This document shows, piece by piece, positions 57,643 to 64,000 of a stretch of 64,000 bases of DNA. Numbering within the stretch: the first letter of the stretch is position 1; each line of letters begins with the position of its first letter. The position numbers and the translations under genes were made by a program. A model generated the notes under the pieces. The model was not told the DNA's origin, did not search any database, and saw only the letters and a program-made list of their open reading frames with translations. This DNA is from Candidatus Marinacidobacterales bacterium (GTDB taxonomy: Bacteria; Acidobacteriota; Vicinamibacteria; Marinacidobacterales; SMYC01), in the NCBI GenBank assembly GCA_965224085.1, contig CBDCYI010000005.1:512001-576000 (forward strand), given 5' to 3'.

Positions 57643-58906
57643 TTAGCCTGCTGCCAAGTCCTGCCCCATCGCTCCAGAGTCCCCATCAGCCAGGATGCGG
57701 ATGAGCTCGTCGTTGAAATAGGACGACTGAGAGCGGACAGGCTCGGGTACGCGTTCTTTGTAGAGCTGCCGGCTGCGCACCGTGCTGGGACCGCCCCTCT
57801 TGAACCTTCGTTTCGTTGTACAGCTTGATCTCGGAAACCAAAAGGCGCGCGAACCGCATGGCCTCTTCGTGCTTCGTGCGGGTATCCGAGTCCATCGAGT
57901 CCAAGTCGAGCGCCCCTGTGGCGGGAGGGGCGGCGGTCGGCTTTGGGGTGTCCGTCGCAGGGCTGACAGCAGCGAGATCCGCACTTTTGAACATGACTGT
58001 TCCGGATTCTCCGTCCTCTGTGTCGGGAACGTCGGACGCGGGAACCGCGGGCGGTTCAGTAATCGGCGGGGGTGATACCGGTGGCGCCGGCGGCGGCGGT
58101 GGGCGTGATACCGGTGGCGGCGGCGGCGGGGTCGCCGGTGGCGCCACATGCTCGCCGGTTTTCACAGCAGATTTCTGAGCGCTCAGAGCATCGAGAAGTT
58201 TCGAGGAATAAGCGGTGAGGATCTCGAGCGCTTCCGTCTCCCGGAGTGGGTTCGGACCATCACCGCTATCGGCATAGACGATCGCGGCGATACGATCATG
58301 CAAGACGAGGGGCGTGGCAAAGATGGACGAAGGCAACACGTTGCCGATACGCGAGAGCAGTTGGATATTGTCCGGGTGCTTGTTGCTCTCACCAACAAAA
58401 GACGAACGCGAGTTGATGACCTCGGTGAAAACCGTATCGGCCGTTGTCGGAACCGAGATGCGCTTGATGCCTTCATCGTCGAAGCCGGGACTGTCGTCGA
58501 AGCCGCGTCCGTTCCAACCAAAGCAAGAGCCCCCTTTGAGGATGAACAGCGCAACGCGCGGGGCGAACTGAGCAAGCTCTGCGAGAAGCAGCGTCAATAC
58601 CTCGGTCAGCGACGTGCCGTCGTCGATCTTCGTGAGCGACACGCGCACGCTTTTGAGCGAACTCCCTCCCCCGTCACCACCACTGCGGCCGCCGCCGGTC
58701 AAACTGGAGACCTCGCGCACAAAAGCGAGAATGCGTTCCTCGTCGATGTTCTCCTCGTACTTCGACATCTGATCTTGAAGAACATCGAGTTTCTTGAGGA
58801 GATCGTCTTGAAGACCGGAGACCTCCTCGCGGAGATCATTCGACCACGTCGACACGAGCGCGTGAAACACGGCTAGCGATTTGGCACGGAGTTGATCGTC
58901 ACTCAT
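57643..58906 (-). pseudogene. GAF-like domain + Pro-rich linker + conserved C-terminal domain, frameshifted near 57778
   Basis: PLVLHDRIAAIVYADS; HEEAMRFARLLVSEIKLYN in one frame, RSRQLYKERV..YF.DELIRILADGD in another. Confidence 0.6.
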
Positions 58907-59065
58907 CGGGGGCTGTGGTGTAAGTCTTGCTAAGAGAGAGACATTGGCCGGCAACCGGCCCGAATACACTTATCCCTTAATCGGTAAACCATTATGTGTC
59001 CTACTTCCACATAAGTCAACACGAACAAAGACGTTGCCGTGTGCAAGCCGGCCCCGAGTCCCTCC

Positions 59066-59094
59066 TTGCCAGAAACTTGTGATCGGAGTAAAAT
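59066..59094 (+). promoter_or_regulatory. Probable sigma70 promoter of ssrA
   Basis: TTGCCA - 17 bp - TAAAAT, 21 bp upstream of the tmRNA 5' end. Confidence 0.55.
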
Positions 59095-59115
59095 ACTTGT
59101 GAAGAAGAACTTGCA

Positions 59116-59465
59116 GGGGGCGCCCTGGGTTCGACGGAGATAATTGATTTCGAGGTGGCATGCCGAGCTCCCATCCCTCGTTAAACGGTGGGAAAACACA
59201 CAATTGCTGACCAAGAGTTAGCTTTAGCCGCGTAAGCCGGCTACGTTCTCCCGGGTTTCGCCCGCCGTGCTCGGGAAGAACGTCATTCAGGTGGGCTAGC
59301 CGGACATTCGCCCCGCGTGTCCAGCGAAACTTAGGGGATAACTTTCATCAGGTCCTTGCCGGCTCCTAACTGATTGGAAGTGAAGCTTAACGGGAACCGG
59401 ACACGCATGTAGAGGCCTCGGAAGAAGATCTTCGGACGCGGGTTCGATTCCCGCCGCCTCCACCA
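59116..59465 (+). ncRNA. ssrA: tmRNA
   Basis: 5' GGGGGCG...TTCGAC pairs with 3' CGCCTCC-ACCA with G3:U wobble; T-arm GCGGGTTCGATTCCCGC; tag ORF 59206-59235 encodes ADQELALAA*. Confidence 0.95.
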
Positions 59466-59476
59466 TTTAAACTACT

Positions 59477-59692
59477 CTAGTTCCTCGTGTTAACTTTTTC
59501 ATCCAACCCCGTCTCCACAATGTCTCCAAAACGAGAACCGGTTTTTGGTTGCTCCAACAAACGAATCGCACCTTCCACCGCTGCCGGGCTCAAGTGCATG
59601 TAACGCTGCGTGGTCGTGATGTCTTTGTGACCGGCAAGCTCCTGAATCGCCCGAGTGGGTGCCCCGCGCATCGCGAGGTGCGAACAAAACGA
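59477..59692 (-). pseudogene. Tyrosine integrase C-terminal fragment A
   Basis: SFCSHLAMRGAPTRAIQELAGHKDITTTQRYMHL; begins at the codon right after the missing H-x-L-R-H; ends 11 bp from the tmRNA 3' end. Confidence 0.85.
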
Positions 59693-60019
59693 ATTAATAG
59701 CGGTTTGCAGGAATCGAGCGAAGCACGGCGTTACGCGAGGCACGATGCTTGTAGAGCGAGCATTCGTGCAAACCGTAATTGAACTAAGCCGCCCAGCTAG
59801 CGGCAACTATGCATAAATTGGAGTGAGAAGACGGTCGGACAGGAAGTCGGAGTTGGACGTCAGGGAGTTGCGAATCGACAGAGATATGGCGGGGAAGATA
59901 GAAGAAGGGCCTACCCGGTGCGGTAACCACCACGGTAGCGTTATGAGTTCGCGACGAGACACACGAGTCCGTTTCAACGACCGGTCGGCGTTGTGAGAGG
60001 CGGAGCGAAAGCATCGTGA

Positions 60020-61267
60020 TCATGACTCATCTGGAGGGGAGCGGATCTGGAGGTTGATCCGTCGAAGCTTCGTGGAGAGAGGGCATCGGAGCATGCGACC
60101 TTTCTTGCAGCGGGGACAGATGGTGAGGTCGATGCCGGTGAGCTCCTTGAGCCGCTCGCGCCAGTCCTTGTCCTCGGTGGCACGCGAGCTGACTTGCACG
60201 TCGTCGGCGTCGGTCGTGGGTTTTGTTTTCTCATCGAGCAACTGGCGCGCGACTACGAGCTTGGTGGTCGCATTGGAGGAGGCCATTAAGCCGAAATGGC
60301 GAATCTTGACGAAACCTTTCGGCAGTACGTGCAGGAGGAAACGGCGGATAAATTCCTCTGGGGGGACGGTAACGGTATTACCATTCTTGGTGGCGAAGCA
60401 GACGCCGTAGTGGTCGATGCGAATGAGTCGGCGGTTGGAGATGCCGACCCGGTGGGTATATCGGCCGAGGTAGTTGAAAACCTGCTCTGGGCCACCGAAG
60501 GGTCGTTTGCTGTAAACGACCCAATCGATGCGGTAGAGCTTGTCTTTCAGCTCCCGGAAGCGAGGTGGGTTTCTGAGGTGGGAAGCGTTTGCGCTCAACT
60601 CAAGCTCATCTTGGTCGTAAGCGAGCCTAAGGGCATCGAGAAACTTGCTGCGAAAAAGCCGCGACATGGCCTTGACGGGAAACAGAAAGCGAGGGTTTGC
60701 GGCGTTCCACAGCTGCTGAGGGTGGTTGAGCCCGCCCCCGGAGACGATGCAATGCAGGTGTGGATGGAACAGGAGCTTCCGGGTCCAGGTGTGCAGTACG
60801 GCGGTGAAGGCAAGTTGAGCTTCGAGCCGGCTTTGGCCGAACTCCAATAGAGTTCGCGAGGCGGCGCGAAACAGGAGGTTGAACATGAACTTGGGATTGT
60901 CTCGGGCGAGAGGCTTGAGTTGCTGCGGGAGGGTGAAAACGACGTGGAAATAGTGAGTCGGAAGAATCCTCTGAGCTCGCTGCTCCATCCACTTCGCCTG
61001 GGCTAGGCTCTGACACTTGGGACAGTGCCGATTGCGGCACGAGTTAAACGAAGGCGCCGCGTATCCGCAAGCGTTACACACGTCGAGATGGCCACCTAGC
61101 ACCGCCGTGCGACAGTTCTCTATAGCCCACATCACCTTGCGCTGCTCGGCTGTCAGCGCATGGGTTTGGCGAAAGCGTGGACCATGTTCGCGGAAGATTT
61201 CCGCGATCTCGAGCAGTGGCCGTGGTGGTGACTCGACGCGGGAAGGACACAGCCCATGGGGCTGCAT
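60020..61267 (-). CDS. IS91 family (HUH, Y2) transposase
   Basis: Zn-binding CRT..CNAC..SCRNRHCPKCQ, HVVFTLP, LHTW, HPHLH (HUH), YLGRY (Y2), RHFG. Confidence 0.93.
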   Translation of the reverse strand: MQPHGLCPSRVESPPRPLLEIAEIFREHGPRFRQTHALTAEQRKVMWAIENCRTAVLGGHLDVCNACGYAAPSFNSCRNRHCPKCQSLAQAKWMEQRAQRILPTHYFHVVFTLPQQLKPLARDNPKFMFNLLFRAASRTLLEFGQSRLEAQLAFTAVLHTWTRKLLFHPHLHCIVSGGGLNHPQQLWNAANPRFLFPVKAMSRLFRSKFLDALRLAYDQDELELSANASHLRNPPRFRELKDKLYRIDWVVYSKRPFGGPEQVFNYLGRYTHRVGISNRRLIRIDHYGVCFATKNGNTVTVPPEEFIRRFLLHVLPKGFVKIRHFGLMASSNATTKLVVARQLLDEKTKPTTDADDVQVSSRATEDKDWRERLKELTGIDLTICPRCKKGRMLRCPLSTKLRRINLQIRSPPDES

Positions 61268-61273
61268 GATGAG

Positions 61274-62134
61274 CTAGCCGAGCTTTTTGCCCTTCTTCGT
61301 TCCCAGCAAATCGAGAGGGCTCTTGATGCGCCCCAAGTGCTTTGCTGTTACCTTTGTGTAACGGGCCGTGGTCTGGATGGAGGCATGACCGAGCAGTTGC
61401 TGCACGGTACGAATGTCTTCACCCAGTTCGAGCATATGTGTGGCAAAACCGTGGCGCAGCGAATGAGGAGTGATACGTTTGGTGAGCCCCGCCTCAGCCA
61501 CGGCCTTACGAAGAGCCCAGCGAACGCCATCGTCTGAGATGTGGGCACCAGGATTACGGCCGGGAAACAAGTACTCTCCGCGAGGGCGAGTGGTTTTCCA
61601 GTAGTAGCGCAGGAAGCTCAACAAACGTTCGCTGAGCGTGACATAGCGGGCCTTGGAGTTCTTGGCGTGACGAATGTGCAAGAGCATGCGTTTGGAGTCG
61701 ATGTCGGAGTGCTTCAGACAGCACACCTCGGAAACGCGCAGCCCGGCGCCGTAGGCGCTCATGAGAATCGCGCGGTGTTTGACGGAGTGAACGGAGTGAA
61801 GCAAACAATCGACCTCCTCGCCGCTCAAGATATCGGGTAACGTGCGAGGTTTCTTGGGCCAAGGAATCTTCGCCACCTCCTCCGGGCGGTTGAGTGTGGT
61901 TGCGTAGAGAAACTTGAGAGAGGCGACGTACATGTGGTGGCTGGCCGGAGAGGCCTTCTTCTCGTTAACGAGATGAATCAGATAATCGCGGGTCTCCGGC
62001 TCGCCCATCTCGGCGGGTGAGCGCATGTAATGTGCCGCGAAATGGCGCGCTCGCAGCAGATACTCCTCCTGCGTGGAGCGTGCGAACCCCTTCAGTTTCA
62101 TGTCGGCAAGCATTTTTTCGCTAAGGCATCCCAT
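61274..62134 (-). CDS. Tyrosine recombinase, intact
   Basis: YGAGLRVSE, K, HSLRHGFATH, LLGH, TARY: full catalytic set. Confidence 0.93.
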   Translation of the reverse strand: MGCLSEKMLADMKLKGFARSTQEEYLLRARHFAAHYMRSPAEMGEPETRDYLIHLVNEKKASPASHHMYVASLKFLYATTLNRPEEVAKIPWPKKPRTLPDILSGEEVDCLLHSVHSVKHRAILMSAYGAGLRVSEVCCLKHSDIDSKRMLLHIRHAKNSKARYVTLSERLLSFLRYYWKTTRPRGEYLFPGRNPGAHISDDGVRWALRKAVAEAGLTKRITPHSLRHGFATHMLELGEDIRTVQQLLGHASIQTTARYTKVTAKHLGRIKSPLDLLGTKKGKKLG

Positions 62135-62672
62135 GATTATTCCTCCAGTGATTTAGCAGACGACGACCATCGCCGCCCGCGGGGGACAGGGATGATGCCA
62201 TGTGTGAGAGAGCGGTTCCGAGAAACGCAGGACTCGTTGTCCGGAGCGAAGATCGAACGAATGAAGACGACGGCGAAGCCGTCCTCCTTAATCCCTTCTG
62301 GCTCCCGTGGCCCGGAAAAACAAGGGAAACGGGTTAGAGGCGAGTGAGTTCACCGCGGCTGGCTTGCCGTGCAAAACCCGGAGTCCGGAGCCCCTGCCGG
62401 AGGCACCCGTCCGCCCATCGCCCATAGTGACTCGCATCATGGCGCGTAGGTCGTGTCCAGGGCGGCGCAGCCGGCGCGCGAAGCGCGCGAAACCCTTGAC
62501 ACGACCTGCGCGCCGTGATTCCCTGGAAGGGCGATGGGCTGCGGCGAAAAAGGCGCAGGCAAAATGCCCCCAGTTTGGCTCACCAGTTCGGGAGAGCTTG
62601 CAGGTCCCGCCGCCGCGCGAGCGGCTTAGTTCAATGACGGCTATGCCGAATTCGGCATAGGCGACATAATGC

Positions 62673-62831
62673 ACTTCAGCGACGCTCTCGCTCCAGGCGG
62701 GAACGCCGGTGCACGTCGTCTCGCAGCGTCTCGGGCACAAGAAGACCGACATCACGAACGACATCTACGCGCACGCGCTTCCTTCGATGGGCCGGGACGC
62801 GGCCACGAAACTTTCGTCGCTCTTGAGGTGA
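62673..62831 (+). pseudogene. Tyrosine integrase C-terminal fragment B (ICE/phage type)
   Basis: Manual translation TSATLSLQAGTPVHVVSQRLGHKKTDITNDIYAHALPSMGRDAATKLSSLLR*; starts right after the missing H-x-L-R-H; not in the ORF track. Confidence 0.85.
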
Positions 62832-62835
62832 TTGG

Positions 62836-63138
62836 ATGGTAGAGGACCGTATCGATAAAGCTACTAAATGGGCCACCACCCACGAGGCGTGCGGTGGCAA
62901 TGTAGAGCCGAAGGAACCCTCCCGTGAGGATTTCAAAATAGTCGGTGGCGTATTGTTAGGCTCGTACCGCGAGGTTACTTGCACCGGTTGCGGCGGGCTT
63001 TATCGTGACTTTGTGCCGATGGAGCAGGCCCTGGAGCGTGTCGCGTTCCTCGAGGAAATATGCAAGAAAGAGGGGATTAACCTCGAACCTCGAATTCCTC
63101 CCAGCAATGCTCTTCTGCCTCTTGATTCTCGGTTTTAA
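62836..63138 (+). CDS. Hypothetical protein with HxxC/CxxC motifs, 3' end probably fused at a junction
   Basis: HEACGG and CTGCGG; starts 4 bp after fragment B; tail overlaps the truncated integrase. Confidence 0.45.
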   Translation: MVEDRIDKATKWATTHEACGGNVEPKEPSREDFKIVGGVLLGSYREVTCTGCGGLYRDFVPMEQALERVAFLEEICKKEGINLEPRIPPSNALLPLDSRF

Positions 63139-63631
63139 TCGACTTGGGTTTGTTCTCGACGAGTTCAGCCGGATTGACGAGGATCTTTTTCTTGCGCTGT
63201 GCGAGCTTCAGAATGTTGAAAATAATCGCCGAGTGTTGTTCTAGAGTTGATTGAGCGAGTGTCTCTTGTTTGTCGAAGTAGTATTCTTCTATGTGCTCGG
63301 GTTCGAGCTGTTGCAGACGAATCGAGCTTAGAGCTGGCTTGATGTGCAAGTCGAGGACGCTTCGATAGGTTTCTATCGTTCGCTGACTCTTGCGAGACTC
63401 GACGTAGGTTGAGAACCAAGTCTCTGACCATTCGCCAAATGTGAGCTTCGAGGGATCTACGTATTCACCACGGCGAACGTCACCGAGGAACTTGGTGATC
63501 TGATCTTCAACCTTTCGTTTGGTGCTCTCGGTGATGGTAAGTTGCTTGCGCCGTCCTGTCCCGGGATCTATACCCACGTCAATACGAGCGAACCAAGAAT
63601 TACCACGTTTTTTCGGTTTCGATCCTCTCAT
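63077..63631 (-). pseudogene. Integrase N-terminal part (arm-binding + SAM-like domains), truncated before the catalytic core
   Basis: W.ARID.G.DP.TGRRKQ, GEYVDPSKLTF.EW, TIETY...HIKP.L..I.LQ.L, LVNPA; stops at 184 aa. Confidence 0.8.
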
Positions 63632-63984
63632 GCTGTCATTCCTAGCCGTTTGTAGATCTCAATTCGGGAGATTCGGATCACACGTTTTCTTCCGTAACGC
63701 TCAGCGGGAAGCTCTCCGCCGTTGACCATTTCACGCACGAGACCGGGACTGATATTTAGCGCGTCTGCGGTCTGCTGTACATCGCACATATCCGGAAGGC
63801 TCTCGATCTTAATCTGTCGTTTGATTCTTCGTTGCTTGGCGCGGGAGAGGCGCTCGATGAGGGTTAGAGTACGAGGACCGAAGATAGCTTCCTCGCGCTC
63901 CCATTGCTGCTCGGCGAACTCATAGCCATCTTCGAAGTGCTGACGCCATGCGGGATCGTCGACCATTGGTTTATGCGCGCTCAT
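63628..63984 (-). CDS. Excisionase-like HTH protein
   Basis: DVQQTADALNISPGLVREMVNGGELPAERYG..IRI; overlaps the integrase start (ATGA). Confidence 0.75.
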   Translation of the reverse strand: MSAHKPMVDDPAWRQHFEDGYEFAEQQWEREEAIFGPRTLTLIERLSRAKQRRIKRQIKIESLPDMCDVQQTADALNISPGLVREMVNGGELPAERYGRKRVIRISRIEIYKRLGMTA

Positions 63985-64000
63985 GAGATTCCCCCTCTAG

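Larger units (their letters stand above)
59693..62672 (-). mobile_element. Tyrosine recombinase + IS91-type HUH transposase element
   Basis: Two genes bounded by inverted GCCGC-N7-GCGGCTTAGTTCAAT motifs (59778-59804 minus; 62609-62635 plus) and outer hairpins; limits set by the junctions with integrase fragments. Confidence 0.75.

Noticed and set aside
58060-58145. GGCGGC-rich repeats
   Set aside because: They encode the proline-rich linker (PPPPPVS twice); not a DNA-level element.
59430-59465. tRNA gene
   Set aside because: This is the tRNA-like 3' domain of tmRNA; there is no anticodon arm.
59693-62134. Integron (intI + attC)
   Set aside because: The recombinase lacks the IntI-specific insertion before the HxLRH box, there is no cassette array, and the hairpin lacks canonical AAC/GTT boxes.
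1-64000. CRISPR array, cas genes or rRNA
   Set aside because: No regularly spaced repeats, cas-like proteins or rRNA-like sequence were seen.

Overview
GC-rich bacterial window, probably Acidobacteriota; this is inferred from gene families such as the acidobacterial VWA protein and a kinase/beta-propeller remnant. Most of it is housekeeping and metabolism: glycosylasparaginase, a URC-type uracil catabolism cluster, M16 and M24 peptidases, a double cyclophilin, a YpdA-like reductase, NUDIX hydrolases and a heterodimeric ABC exporter. A ~12-kb respiratory operon joins a Rieske / split cytochrome b / octaheme cytochrome c complex to an A1-type heme-copper oxidase. Mobile DNA includes an IS5-family element that truncates ilvB, an ISNCY-like element with a 6-bp target duplication, and an island starting at the 3' end of tmRNA. 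Two features stand out. (1) A tyrosine-recombinase + IS91-type HUH transposase element has two inverted ends sharing GCCGC-N7-GCGGCTTAGTTCAAT, each followed by a hairpin, and both ends join foreign integrase genes exactly at the catalytic H-x-x-R-H codons. This suggests an integrase-targeting, possibly ssDNA/hairpin-based mobile system. (2) A coupled SIR2-like+TIR gene, with apparently degenerate catalytic residues, precedes a membrane-spanning STAND ATPase with an external FGE-sulfatase domain, a candidate NLR-like signalling or defence system. Several genes are frameshifted or truncated, from decay or assembly error. All calls come from motif recognition by eye; no database searches were run.
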